Source: Octopus sinensis (lineage: Eukaryota). Taken from it: a DNA stretch of 64,000 bases. Of this stretch, positions 39,078 to 51,019 are shown piece after piece. The notes beneath the pieces were generated by a model. It did no database searches, had not been told where the DNA came from, and was given only the letters and a program-made list of their open reading frames with translations. Position numbers and translations under genes: made by a program. Where the stretch lies: assembly GCF_006345805.1 (NCBI RefSeq), contig NC_043000.1, positions 992,001 to 1,056,000 on the forward strand, in the 5' to 3' direction. How positions within the stretch are numbered: the first letter of the stretch is position 1; each line of letters begins with the position of its first letter.

Positions 39078-40243
39078 TAATAGTGGCGACAAGGATATTA
39101 CAGCACCGACGACAACATACAACTCCACGAGGATCCACATTATAACACAAACATACATACATACATACATACATACATACATACGTACATACATACATAC
39201 ATACGTACGTACGTACGTACGTACATACAAAAGGCGCAGGAGTGGCTGTGTGGTAAGTAGCTTGCTAACCAACCACATGGTTCCGGGTTCAGTCCCACTG
39301 CGTGGCATCTTGGGCAAGTGTCTTCTGCTATAGCCCCGGGCCGACCAATGCCTTGTGAGTGGATTTGGTAGACGGAAACTGAAAGAAGCCTGTCGTATAT
39401 ATGTATATATATATATGTGTGTGTGTGTGTGTATGTGTTTGTCCCCCTAACATTGCTTGACAACCGATGCTGGTGTGTTTACGTCCCCGTCACTTAGCGG
39501 TTCGGCAAAAAGAGACCGATAGAATAAGTACTGGGCTTACAAAGAATAAGTCCCGGGGTCGATTTGCTCGACTAAAGGCGGTGCTCAAGCATGACCGCAG
39601 TCAAATGACTGAAACAAGTAAAAGAGTAAAAGAGTATATATACATACATACATACATACATACATACATACATGCATACATACATACATACATACATACA
39701 TACATACATACATACATACATACATACATACATACATGTATTCTATTATCACCGATAGAATACAGTATCATAAAAGCATATTCCAAACATCCGCAAACAC
39801 CATAAACATACAGTCAGATGTAAATGTTTAATTATTATATCGCATTAATGAGTTGATTATATTTTTAATAATTTGTGTCAAACATTGAAATTATATACAC
39901 ATCTTAATGATGAAAATACGCGAAATTTTGGACGTAAGTAGTTTGAGAAATTTTCCGAAGATAGGCAATATAAGATAACTGTTGCAGATTAATATTTACA
40001 AGTCCACTGCAGAAAGCGGTCTGATATGTTTGAATAAAAACTTTAAAACATTGAAATGTTATTCATAAAAAACAGATGAATTGATGTTAGAGACATATTC
40101 AGTTCGGGCTCCTTGTTTCTGTTTGTGGTTGGCCTGCTTGAGCGTGCCTTGCTCTCCTCTGAGAGGCGGCTATGTTTGAAGAGGTTGTACCACTCCTTCG
40201 ATCTGGGTTTTCCCCATGGCATCATCGCCAAAGGCCTGCTGAA

Positions 40244-40469
40244 TGATGTAGACATGCCATTAAGGAAAAGGGCGGGGTTATTCTTTGGAAATAAGAGGAT
40301 TGTCTCTGACATACGTTTCTGCCTAAACAGGCGTCATCAGCACGACAGTTGATCATCATTATATCCCGTAGACAAGGCGTCTACACTCCAGAGGTGGAGA
40401 TGGTTTTAATAAATCAAGAATTATGTTGTATTGTATTTGCTGTCCCTGCATTTGCCTGCCTTGTTGAAA
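40244..40469 (-). mobile_element. 226-bp hammerhead-bearing element with 15-bp TSD
   Basis: Flanked by aaaggcctgctgaat (40230-40244) and aaaggccttctgaat (40469-40483); near-identical inverted copy at 41075-41300. Confidence 0.85.
40309..40343 (-). ncRNA. Candidate minimal hammerhead in 226-bp element (copy 1)
   Basis: GTG-CTGATGA-C-GCCT-gttt-AGGC-A-GAAA-C-GTA, cleavage, TGT; stem I is wobble pairs only. Confidence 0.45.
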
Positions 40470-41074
40470 AAGGCCTTCTGAATCTTCTGGATGGTTTGAG
40501 CTTGAGTATCACCAAGCATTTGGCAAACCTTGATGTGTTCGGTGAAAACGAAAATCCGACAAGCGCGTACTGCACATCTATATTCTAGACGTAACAGCTG
40601 GGAACTGGTGTGGCCTACCGCCTCGACTATGTTCACGTATGCGCAGGAAGGGTGGCGTCACCTTCCACCCAAAGGATTTTGCCCACGCAGCGTTAGTTTG
40701 GGCAGGGAAAAATGCAGTCAGATACTTTTTAACCGCACCTCGTAATGCTTGAGTTATGGAAACCCTCTCCACCTCAAGAGGATGTGTTATAATTACCAAA
40801 TGACTGTTAAAACCAGATCTAGATGAAAAAGGGAAATAATCTCAAGAATCAGGAATTTCCAAAGTTAAAGGACAGTTGTATTGTCTGGACCTAAAAGGAC
40901 ACTTGTTTCTGCCCCAATACGCATCATCAGCACGATAAATGCCCGACCTTATCTCCAGTGGACAAATAATCTAGACATACACAAAATGTAGAACACATTT
41001 ATGGCCAATGTCATTTTCATAATTTAAACGAAAATGAGCTAAGAGAGATAACTCTAAGTGGTCAGTGGCATATA

Positions 41075-41300
41075 TTTCAACAAGGCAGGCAAATGCAGGG
41101 ACAGCAAATACAATACAACATAATTCTTGATTTATTAAAACCATCTCCACCTCTGGAGTGTAGACGCCTTGTCTACGGGATACAATGATGATCAACTGTC
41201 GTGCTGATGACGCCTGTTTAGGCAGAAACGTATATCAGAGACAATCCTCCTATTTCCAAAGAATAAGCCCGCCCCTTTCCTTAATGGCATGTCTACATCA
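41075..41300 (+). mobile_element. Second, inverted copy of the 226-bp element
   Basis: Same end points (tttcaacaagg ... gtctacatca); no TSD seen. Confidence 0.85.
41201..41235 (+). ncRNA. Candidate minimal hammerhead in 226-bp element (copy 2)
   Basis: GTG-CTGATGA-C-GCCT-gttt-AGGC-A-GAAA-C-GTA, cleavage, TAT. Confidence 0.5.
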
Positions 41301-41650
41301 TCACTCGATCTGCTTGAAATCACTGGCAAATTTCCCTCAAACCACACTGTTGCCTTTAAAAATCACATGTTTATTTATACAAGCCTTAGGTACCTGTGTA
41401 TAGAAAAAGATTGGGTCAAAGGCGAATATCGTGGATTATCGGTTCCCTTGATCAGATTAAAACCTAAAGTTAAACAATAAGAGCAAATATAATAAAAAGC
41501 TGAAAAAATGTAAGAAAATGAAGATCAACCCATCTTTTAATTAGGGATTGCATTTACTCATTTGCATTTTACAAGATAATAATGTCACATCGTTTTAATA
41601 TATTAACATTAAGTAATCATCATTATTATAATTAATATTCGCGTTTTAAC

Positions 41651-41703
<53 letters not shown>

Positions 41704-41781
41704 GCCATTATAAATGTTTAACCAATTGATATGCCTTCTCTGTATGCAGACGACCATTTTCCGTATTGGCTTCTACCGCTT

Positions 41782-41969
41782 TCAACATATAACATTCGAG
41801 CGATGGTTGCAGATTCCTAAATCACGGTCAAACAACGTTCCTTCTGGACATTTCATTTTCACTGAATAATACGAGTGTCCTCCACCATAGATGCAATGGA
41901 CGAAATATTCACAAGATGTTGGATCAAGATAAATACCCTCGCCTAATTTAGAACAGTCGACACTTCCAG
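41782..41969 (-). CDS. Chitinase terminal exon: CBM14 / peritrophin-A chitin-binding domain (GSVDCSKLGEGIYLDPTSCEYFVHC...KCPEGTLFDRDLGICNHRSNVIC*)
   Basis: ttttcag acceptor at 41971-41970; six Cys in CBM14 spacing with CP.GT.FD; stop TGA at 41784-41782; phase 1 matches the upstream GC donor. Confidence 0.94.
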
Positions 41970-42974
41970 CTGAAAAAAAACAAACAAAATAAATATTGTT
42001 AGAAGTAAGAAGGAGTGGCTGTGTGGTAAGTAGCTTGCTTACGAACTACATGGTTCCGGGTTCAGTCCCACTGCGTGGCACCTTGGGCAAGTGTCTTCTA
42101 CTATAGCCTCGGAACAACCAAAGCCTTGCGAGTGAATTTGGTAGATGGGAACTGAAAGAAGTCCATCGTATGTGTGTGTGTATGTGTGTGTGTTTGTGTG
42201 TCTGTGATTGTACCCCCAGCATCGCTTGACAACCAATACTGGTGTGTTTATGTCCCCGTAACTTAGCAGTTCGGCAAAAGAGACCGATAGAATATGTACT
42301 AGGCTTATAAAGAATAAGTCCTGGAGTCGATGTACTCGACTAAAGGTGGTGCTCCAGCATGGGCACAGTCAAATGACTGAAACAAGTAAAAGAGTAAAAA
42401 CAGTAAAGAGTATGTATATATATATTTATAGACACGCACACACACATACATATATGTATGTATGTATATAAATATACATGCACACACACATACACACACA
42501 TACATGCTAATATCGAACAGGGAGCATGAGTGTTCAACACCGCATTAGTATTCTCATCCAAAATGGAGACAAGTACCAACACTTCTTGTGCGGCGTGCTT
42601 GTACAATTGTGAAAATCTCTTAGCATGAAAGCATTGGTTGCTTTGCTAACACACAAATAAAGAATATGCGTGTATGTATGTATGTATGTATGTATGTATG
42701 TATGTATGTATGTATGTATGTGTACGTATGTGTGTATGTATATATGTATGTATGCATGTATGTATTATGCAGTTGAAGCAATGAACCATTGATGAAATTT
42801 TTGACATTTTTTAGTGCCGAGTGCAGGTGTCAGCAGAAAAATAAACTGCAGTGAAATGAGCAATACTAACACGTACCTGATCTAATCTTCCCACTTCGTA
42901 AGAACTAGACAAGTGACTGTGTTGCTATAACCCAAAGAAATATGAATATCTGTTCGTATGAAATCAATACTTGC

Positions 42975-43338
42975 CTGCTGATGGCTGCTTCGTTGGCTTG
43001 ATCACCAGATTGTTTCTTGTTGCATATTTAAACTTCTTCGTTTGTTTAAACCACGTTGGTCTTGGCTTCCATGTCGGTTTCTCTTTCCAAGCAGGCTTCG
43101 GTTTAACAGTTATTCTTGGTCGATTTGAACTTCTGTGTCTTCCCGTAACATGTATTCTTCCAATGCTTGACTTCTGTCCCCATGTAATCTCCGCTCTGCT
43201 CGGACCGTAGGGTTGCAGCACATTTCCTATTGTATTCATCAATGGAGACTTGCCCTCGTTGCAAGACCCACTGAAATCGTCCATTTCCAAAGACCATACG
43301 AATGCACCAGCAAAATTATTCTTTACGATATTACGTGC
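42975..43338 (-). CDS. GH18 chitinase exon: end of catalytic domain plus basic linker (ARNIVKNNFAGAFVWSLEMDDFSGSC...KQPSA)
   Basis: ttcatag acceptor; GA.VW.L..DDF motif; 364 nt, phase 0/1 if it ends at the non-canonical donor CAG|GCAAGT (42974). Confidence 0.9.
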
Positions 43339-43828
43339 CTATGAAAACATATTCAAAATAATATAAAGATTGAATGTTGTAAGGTTCCGGATTCAGTCGC
43401 ACTGCGTGGCTAATAGGAGAGGTGTGTTTTACGATAGGACCGACCCGACCAAAGAGAGGATTTGGTGAATGAAAACTATAAGAATCCTGTCGTATATGTG
43501 TGTGTGTATGTATCTGTGTGTGTGTGTGCATCTATATGTGTGTCTTTCTGTTTGTGTTTGCCTCCATATTCGCCACACCTTGCGCCTTCATATAGGTTAA
43601 TGCTATCGAAGTTAGCTTTCTGATTCGCGTTCTTTTTCTATATATTTTAAGCAAACGCAGTTTTTGTCTTCTAATTGCATGAGTAATGTCAGTTAATTGA
43701 AGCTTTTCAAGCATATATATATATATATATATATAATATATATATATATACAGATCGCCACGTTGATTCGCTAGCCTCTGCACGCATTTTTTCTCTCCTT
43801 GTTTCTTTCTGTGTTTCTTTTCTGTGTA

Positions 43829-43866
43829 TCTTTCTGTTGAAGAGCGTAGGCTCGAAACGTAAAAGA
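43829..43866 (+). ncRNA. Hammerhead-like motif with CTGTTGA core variant
   Basis: TCTTT-CTGTTGA-A-GAGC-gtag-GCTC-GAAA-C-GTA, cleavage, AAAGA. Confidence 0.5.
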
Positions 43867-44156
43867 CTTGTTTTATTTATATTCCTGAGCGCCATACCAA
43901 TACAATTGTTTGTTTGTATTCCACCTGCCTTCGTCTTTTGTTTATTTTCATAAAGCTTCCCGTTATATATATATATATATATACGTTTATATATTTGTTG
44001 TGCAAGATTTTTTATTGGCTAAACTGGCAAAATGACCATTCCGAAATATAGCGATATATATATATAAGGAGAGTTTTCGAAAAAAACAAAGGACGAAGAC
44101 AGGTGCTGTACAAAACAAACAGATGTATTAGTATAACGCTCAGGAATAGAAAAAGT

Positions 44157-44192
44157 ATTTTACGTTTCGAGCCTACGCTCTTCTACAGAAAG
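44157..44192 (-). ncRNA. Hammerhead-like motif with CTGTAGA core variant
   Basis: Same family motif as 12214-12249; 3-bp stem I. Confidence 0.45.
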
Positions 44193-45154
44193 GGACACAG
44201 AAAAAAAAACAAGGAGAGAAAAAATGCGTGTAGTGGCTAACGATCTATCATGGCGACTGACTCGGACAGAAGGGTCACAGGAAAGTTTAGAAAGTATAAA
44301 AATAAATATAAAAATAAAGTAATGACAATAATAACAGTTTTACGTAAAGTTCAAAGGTTTTTTTGATTTCGTGGTGTATTGCAAGGATTTCTCATCAAGA
44401 GTAGAGTCCACAATGATCCGTATGTAGGAGAGGTGCAGCCGGAGGGTAAATATCCAAACGAGAATGCGTAAAGGGTAGATGAAGAGTAGATAAAGAGTCC
44501 AGTGGAGAAGTTCGTGTTACGAAGGATACATCATAAACAATTCAAAATCATTTACGAATACATCAATGGCTAGAACATGAAATCCAAACATTTTTTCATA
44601 AAAGAAGTGTGTACGATTGCGAATAAATGACAATTATAACGGAAAGGGTTGCAAAAACACTTACAAGTCTAGAAATAGCAGTCAAAACCACTATACAATA
44701 ACCACTTCACTATACAAAACCACTTCACAATAAAGCAGTCAGCGGGCGTTATGACATAAAATTCAAAACTTAAATAAACGGTTGGTCTTCTATTGCAATT
44801 TCGAAGTCCGGAAACAAAACGGTTCCACTCTTCTCTTCAGGAGAACATTCCTGCAGATACAGATTAACACAGAATTTGAATGTGTAGATAGGAGTTCACA
44901 TATTCTTGCCGGTTGGGACACATGTTAATCCGCAAAGACTTTTTTTTTTGTTAGTTTGCATCTAGAGAAATGGTTTGATTCCTAACTTCGAAGTTGCAAT
45001 CGAGGACTAACCTTTTATTGTTATTTAAATTTTAAATTTTATGTCATGTCGCTCGCTGACAGCTTTATATGAATGGTTATAGTAGCTTTATAGCGGTTTT
45101 GACTGCCATTTCTAGACATGTAAGGGTTTTTGCAACCCTCTCCAATTTGTATGT

Positions 45155-45588
45155 TAGTTAGTTAGTTAGTTAGTTAGTTCGTTAGTTAGTTAATTTGGCT
45201 CAAAAGCAAATAGCAAGGCCATGTAGGGGGACATGGAGTTAAGTACAGGGTGGTGTTCATGTAAAGAGTTCAGGCCACTTGAGGTCAAGGGAGGCTTTGA
45301 ACAAAGCGGTCGTCGGCATCTTCACCATCTCGTCTGGCAGCTTGTTCCACGGATCCGCAACCCGGACGGAGAAAGCTCCTCTCCTTCGATTGAGATGAAA
45401 TCGTCGCAGGTAGAGCTTTTCGGAATGACCCCGCAGCCGACGCTCTGGAGCAGGAGTGAAGAACAGCTCTTTCGAGAGGTTACACTTTCCGCTTATGATG
45501 TTGTGGGCGAGAATGAGATCACCACGGCGGCGGCGTTTTTCAAGAGAATAAAGGTCGAGCGTCCTCAGCCTTTCTTCATAGGACAAAT
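45155..45588 (-). mobile_element. CR1-like LINE 3' fragment with (AACT)n tail
   Basis: MSYEERLRTLDLYSLEKRRRRGDLI..RGHS.KL......R...FSVRV...WNKLP; tail gttagttag. Confidence 0.9.
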
Positions 45589-45746
45589 TTGTGTGTGTGT
45601 GTGTGAATGTGTGTGTATCTGTCTACCTATGTATCTATGCATGTATATATATCATATAATCACACAAGAGATTCTATTGTATTTGTATTATTTGTTTTTG
45701 TATGCTAAAGCAGTAATTATCACAGGTAGAAGACATTTTTCACTGC

Positions 45747-45900
45747 TGTTTTGACACAGCCGTTTTGGCACAGCCGTTTTGGCACAGCCGTTTTGGCACA
45801 GCCGTTTTGGCACAGCCGTTTTGGCACAGACGTTTTGGCACAGCCGTTTTGGCACAGCCGTTTTGGCACAGCCGTTTTGGCACAGCCGTTTTGGCACCGC
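45747..45900. repeat. 14-bp minisatellite (GTTTTGGCACAGCC) x about 11
   Basis: Directly visible. Confidence 0.95.
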
Positions 45901-46910
45901 CTCTTTGGCGTCACTGATTCGACGCTGACTTAGTTGACATCAGATGTTTGAATGTTTCTCTCAATTTAATATTTCTATCGTTCTCTCTCTTCCTATGTCT
46001 TTCACTTTCTCTTATACTTTCTCTCCCTCTCAACTCCCCCCTCTCTCTTTGCTTCCAGCGTTAAAACACTGTCATTAAAACAGCTAGAACGCCCAAATCG
46101 TTAACGTCAAAGCAGCCGCATCCAATCGTTTTATCCCGAATGATTATAGCGTTAATTTATATACATTATACATAAACACTATCTGTTCTCTACTTTGGCG
46201 GATTCATATTATATATGAAGTTATAAATCTTTGGATATCATGTGGTATAAATCTATCCGCTCGATCAGGGCTAACCTAGGGCTACAAACAACAACATCCA
46301 TTAATATACCTCTGGAAAATCCCAACATTTCTGTGAGAATCACATAAATTAGTCGTGGGACCAAATATCTGATGTTCATCAGCTAATCTTGTGTGTAACC
46401 CCTTAAAATTGTAACCTAATTTAAGTGTAGCATGTTTGTTTAAGGAACGGTGAGTTCATTGCGCTTTATTTGTTTTAACTAGTTTAAACATGAACTCAAG
46501 TGATGTGACAGTTTAAATACACGGAATGTTTGCTGTGGAAAGTAAACTGGTCTCTACGAAAACATAGAGGCGCACACTCATACTTCTAGACCGCTAATCA
46601 GATCAAATCCCTTACAGGTCTCTCATTCAAACCGGTGTAATTCTTCAACAATTTGATATGCTGATAGAAGAAAGACTATACATGATGGCGGTCAATATTT
46701 GATTTTTTTTTTCTGCTTCAGCTCGAGAAATAGAAGACATTCTTCCTAGTTCTCCTTTAATTCATAAACTATTATTGACTATATCGTCAAATATGATGCC
46801 TTGACATCAATATACACAGGCAGGTATGGCTGTGAGGTTCAGGAATTCGCGTTGCAAGCACACAGTTTCGGGTTCAGTCCCACTCCATGGTATCTTAGGC
46901 AAGTGTCTTC

Positions 46911-47145
46911 TTATTTCTTTATTGCCCACAAGGGGCTAAACATAGAGGGGACAAACAAGGACAGACAAAGGGTTTAAGTCGATTACATCGACACCGGTGC
47001 TTAACTGGTACTTATTTAATCGACCTCGAAAGGATGAGAGGCAAAGTCGACGTCGGCGGAATTTGAACTCAGAACGTAACGGCAGACGAAATACGGCTAC
47101 GCATTTAGCCCGGCGTGCTAACGTTTCTGCCAGCTTGCCGCCTTA
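46911..47145 (-). mobile_element. F1 SINE inserted in an older F2-type SINE with a 12-13-bp TSD
   Basis: gcaagtgtcttc at 46899-46910 and 47146-47157. Confidence 0.85.
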
Positions 47146-48374
47146 GCAAGTGTCTTCTACTAAAACACAGGACCGACCAATACCTTATGAGTGAATTTGG
47201 TAGACGGGAGCCGTGTGAAAGTCCACCGTGTGTGTGTGTGTGTGTGTGTGTAGTGTGTGAGTGTAGTGTGTGTGCGCGTGTGTGTGTGTGCGCGTGTGTG
47301 TGTGTGTGAGAGAGAGAGAAAGAGAGTGAGTGTGCGTGTGTGTGTCTGTGCGTTTGTCTTCCACCACCGCTTTTGATCCCGTAACTTATCGGTTCGACAA
47401 AACAGACTTATAAGATGAAAGTAAGTATTGCGGTCGATTTGATCGACTAAACGATTTGACGTGGTGCCCCAGCTTGCCTGCAATTCAATGACTGGAACAA
47501 GTTAAAACATAAAACACTAGCAGTATCGTCCGGCGTTGCTCGGATTTGTACGGGAAATTACTATATAAGCATTTTTAGAGATGTAAAGTATAATAGCCAT
47601 CTCAATATGGCTAACCACAAAGGGGTGGTGTTACTGTAGCTTTTTACGTTCTGAGATTTAATAATTAATTCTTAGAGAGTTACTTCCCTTATATATGCCA
47701 AAAATGCATTAAAAATGGGAAAAATTGATGGTAATTTTTTTTTTTAATCGTAGACTCATCGTAGACGCGCGCTAATACCCAGAAGGGCTCGATATGAATC
47801 ACGACTATAAGATACCCGGTTTTGGTTAAACTGCACCGCAAAATGTGGGAGTAGTTAGGAATCTAAATCGTAGGAGACAGACAGCACACAACCTCACTTT
47901 TATATATAAAGATATCATTGATAAAGCCCAAGTGCGAACGCCTAATTTAAAGGACCATGCTGATTTAAAGGACCAGCGCTTGGGCCAGTCCTGTTTCATA
48001 ACCTTATAGGGACAGAAACAAACCAGTAGAAAAGACTAACTTAGTGGAACTTGAGGAGAACCAATTAGGTATACGGTCTGTGGCTATTCAGTCTTTGCCA
48101 TGGGGAAATACAGGTACGGGCACAGACAGAGTAAGATATTTCACACTGGAAACTATCCCAGAATTTGGAATACCTACAGAAAAGGTTTCCCTTGATTCCA
48201 CTCCAAGCCGCAAGTAATAATAAAGAATGCCCTCACCAGTAATCCCATGTAGGATTATTGGCTGTGCTGGTAACCCGATCCGATGACTGCAGATTATTGA
48301 ATGTATTCTGCTAAGTATTACATTACGTTTCCATTCGTACTGCTTAGATTCTTCTTCCACTTGCTCAGTCTATT

Positions 48375-48414
48375 CGTCTCTCTCTTTCTCTCTCTCTCTC
48401 TCTAAATATATATG

Positions 48415-48445
<31 letters not shown>

Positions 48446-48674
48446 ATATATATATGTATAAATATATATATATATATGTGTGTGTGTGTATATATATGTG
48501 TATATATGTGTGTGTGTATATATATATGTGTGTGTGTGTGTGTGTATATATATGTATAAATATATATATGTGTGTGTGTGTATATATATATATGTATAAA
48601 TATATATATGTGTGTGTGTATATATATGTATATATATATGTGTATATATATATATATGTGTGTGTATATATATA

Positions 48675-48751
<77 letters not shown>

Positions 48752-48778
48752 GTGTGTATATATATATGTGTATATATG

Positions 48779-48813
<35 letters not shown>

Positions 48814-48832
48814 ATATATGTATATATATATA

Positions 48833-48884
<52 letters not shown>

Positions 48885-48885
48885 A
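48375..48885. repeat. Long compound (TA)n/(TG)n microsatellite; representative of many (e.g. 1730-2018, 2990-3172, 12320-12918, 13290-13500)
   Basis: Directly visible; these explain most Y/I/C/V/H/T-rich ORFs in the track. Confidence 0.98.
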
Positions 48886-49139
48886 ACCTCTCTCGCTATC
48901 TCTTTCACTCTCTTTGAATGTGAGTGAACGCATGTGTGAGTATATGTGTGTGTGTATTAGTTTTCAGTATATTTAAAAGTAGTAATCTAGAAATGACTTC
49001 GAGTACTATATGTATTGAGTCATTCCATAAATGATGTGGGTTTATTTCAATTGCATGAACTAAAAGTCAAAGGTGGGTTGGATAAACTACCTACATCAAC
49101 TTGTTATAAAAGCAGGTAGTAAGTTTACCATGTGCACCC

Positions 49140-50203
49140 TTAGTGCAGAATTTGAAGATAAAATGGTGAAACCGTATAGCATATTATCAGTCAATATAAG
49201 CTACTAGCCCAGAAAGAATTTAAGAGACCATCATGACAATGTAGCTAGGATTGTCCATTGGACACTTGGCTGTGTGGTAAGTAGCTTGCTAACCAACCAC
49301 ATGGTTCCGGGTTCAGTCCCACTGCGTGGCATCTTGGGCAAATGTCTTCTGCTATAGCCCCGGGACGACCAATGCCTTGTGAGTGGATTTGGTAGACGGA
49401 AACTGAAAGAAGCCTGTCGTATATATGTATATGTATATATATGTATGTGTTTGTGTGTTTGTGTGTCTGTGTTTGTCCCCCTAGCATTGCTTGACAGCCG
49501 ATGCTGGTGTGTTTACGTCCCCGTCACTTAGCGGTTCGGCAAAAGAGACCGATAGAATAAGTACTGGGCTTACAAAGAATAAGTCCCGGGGTCGATTTGC
49601 TCGACTAAAGGCGGTGCTCCAGCATGGCCGCAGTCAAATGACTGAAACAAGTAAAAGAGTAAAAGAGTTAACAGGGTTGGAATATAAACCCGAAGACATC
49701 ATCGAAAATGATAATTCAAAGATCCTATGGGATTATATGATTCAGTGCGACCATGAGATAGAGAACAGGAGGCCAAACATAGTATTAATTGAGAACGAAA
49801 GCAAACGATGCTGGATCATAGATATAGTATTCCCAGCTGACAACAAGGTATGCGATAAGGAAGAAAGAAAAGTTGATAGATATGACAGGTTAACTTGTGA
49901 GGTTAAGCAGTTGTGGTCACTGAAAAAGGTGGTAGTAGTACCAATAATTGTCGGAGCCCTGGGAACGGTGATTAAAAATTTTGAGAAGTACATGGAACAA
50001 ATAGGGGCTGCAATAAGGGTGGAGCACTTGCAGAAAACAGCACTACTTGGAACCATTCGAATACTCCGGATGTGCTCGAAGAATAAGTGTTGTTACTTTA
50101 GTTCACTGGTAGTGAACAGCTGGCACCGTAGTACATTTCCAGCGTTAGAAGCTGTGCAAAGACAACAACAACAACAACAATAATAATAATAGTAATAATA
50201 GTA

Positions 50204-50255
<52 letters not shown>

Positions 50256-50290
50256 TAAAAATAAAAAAAAAATAATAATAATAATAATAA
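49140..50290 (+). mobile_element. R4/Dong-like non-LTR element 3' fragment (zinc knuckle plus restriction-like endonuclease), interrupted by a SINE, ending in (CAA)n(TAA)n
   Basis: CRI..NGETV.HIIS..KLLAQKEFKR.HDNVARIVHW, then ILWD..IQCDHEI..RRPNIV..IIDI..P..K...Y..L..VVPIIVGALG..LQK.ALLGT..ILR. Confidence 0.88.
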
Positions 50291-50870
50291 AAGCCCTGAT
50301 GCAGTACCAGGCAGTGGCTCTCATGGCTTCTGATCTTAACTGATTGGAAGTGTTATCATGTACATTGTTTTGTCTTGGTATAAAAGATGGGCTACAGCAA
50401 ATATTCTGCTCAATACCACAGATTTGCTTGTCAGTTGTGTGACCGTAACCAGTTGAGCATGTCCCTTAGTGGCTAACAATATGTGCATCTCTGATCACGA
50501 GCAGAAGTAGTGGGGGAGCATCATAGCCATATGTTGACGGGAATTCTTTGGTGTTTGAATAATTCATCTCTGGAAACATGGGTGGTTCGTTCAACATCCT
50601 TAAACAACCCTTATTCAGGGACCTTTTGAACAGGATGGGCTACTCAACCTGAAGAAAATTCTAACTGGGTCCCACCTGCAAGGTCATGTGCTGTTTATCT
50701 TGATATGAGATCACCATGTCGCGCACATATGGTTGTGATGCATGTGCCTGGTGTACCTTTATCAGACGGGTAGTCATGATGGGTATATTGGGCTTCGTAT
50801 ATTTTACCCCAGTGTCACTTTGATGACATGCACTGCTCTCTCACTCAATAATAATAATAATAATAATAAC
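50291..50870 (+). mobile_element. Unclassified (TAA)n-flanked repeat (5'-truncated copy at about 10665-10995)
   Basis: Shared 3' 290 bp ending ctctctcactcaataataat in both copies. Confidence 0.75.
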
Positions 50871-50896
50871 AGCAACTACAACAGCAGCAACTTTAC

Positions 50897-51019
50897 CTTG
50901 ATTCTTACACTAGCAGCATTTTCGTAACCCACCCACTGGTCACCACCGTAGGCGTATGGTACCTCCTGGTCATCAATCCACAGACTCTTCCAGCCTCGTT
51001 CGCGGATATTTTCACAGAC
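50897..51019 (-). CDS. GH18 chitinase exon (VCENIRERGWKSLWIDDQEVPYAYGGDQWVGYENAASVRIK)
   Basis: tctcag acceptor, AAG|GTAAAG donor; 123 nt, phase 0/0; VPYAY...QWVGY motif. Confidence 0.96.

Larger units (their letters stand above)
40090..40742 (-). mobile_element. Mariner transposon 5' remnant, interrupted by the 226-bp element
   Basis: TA + CGAGGTGCGGTTAAAAAGTATC terminus at 40744-40721; N-terminal transposase IKVCQMLGDTQAQTIQKIQKAF | IQQAFGDDAMGKTQI..KEWYNLFK..ES.ARS.RP. Confidence 0.8.
43750..44262. mobile_element. Cluster: two opposite copies of the 195-bp family plus a fragment of the 51.4-kb palindrome family (about 44008-44050), separated by (TA)n
   Basis: Direct sequence matches to 12119-12312 and 51805-51848. 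Confidence 0.8.

Noticed and set aside
40578-40799. ORF initially read as a GIY-YIG C-terminus
   Set aside because: The region is better explained as the 5' TIR and leader of the mariner remnant.
40896-40935. Minus-strand CTGATGA-TGC..GCA-GAAAC-AAGT-GTC
   Set aside because: Similar to the 226-bp family core, but no stem I and a non-palindromic loop III.
45688-45933. Repetitive ORFs KRLCQNGCAKTAVP / possible CRISPR-like array
   Set aside because: Pure 14-bp minisatellite with no unique spacers; eukaryotic context.
48088-48360. 90-aa minus-strand ORF within a chitinase intron
   Set aside because: No recognisable domain, and the flanking chitinase exons already join in frame without it.
49491-49680. 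5' part of the 230-aa ORF
   Set aside because: It reads through an F2 SINE; only 49683 onward is retroelement protein.
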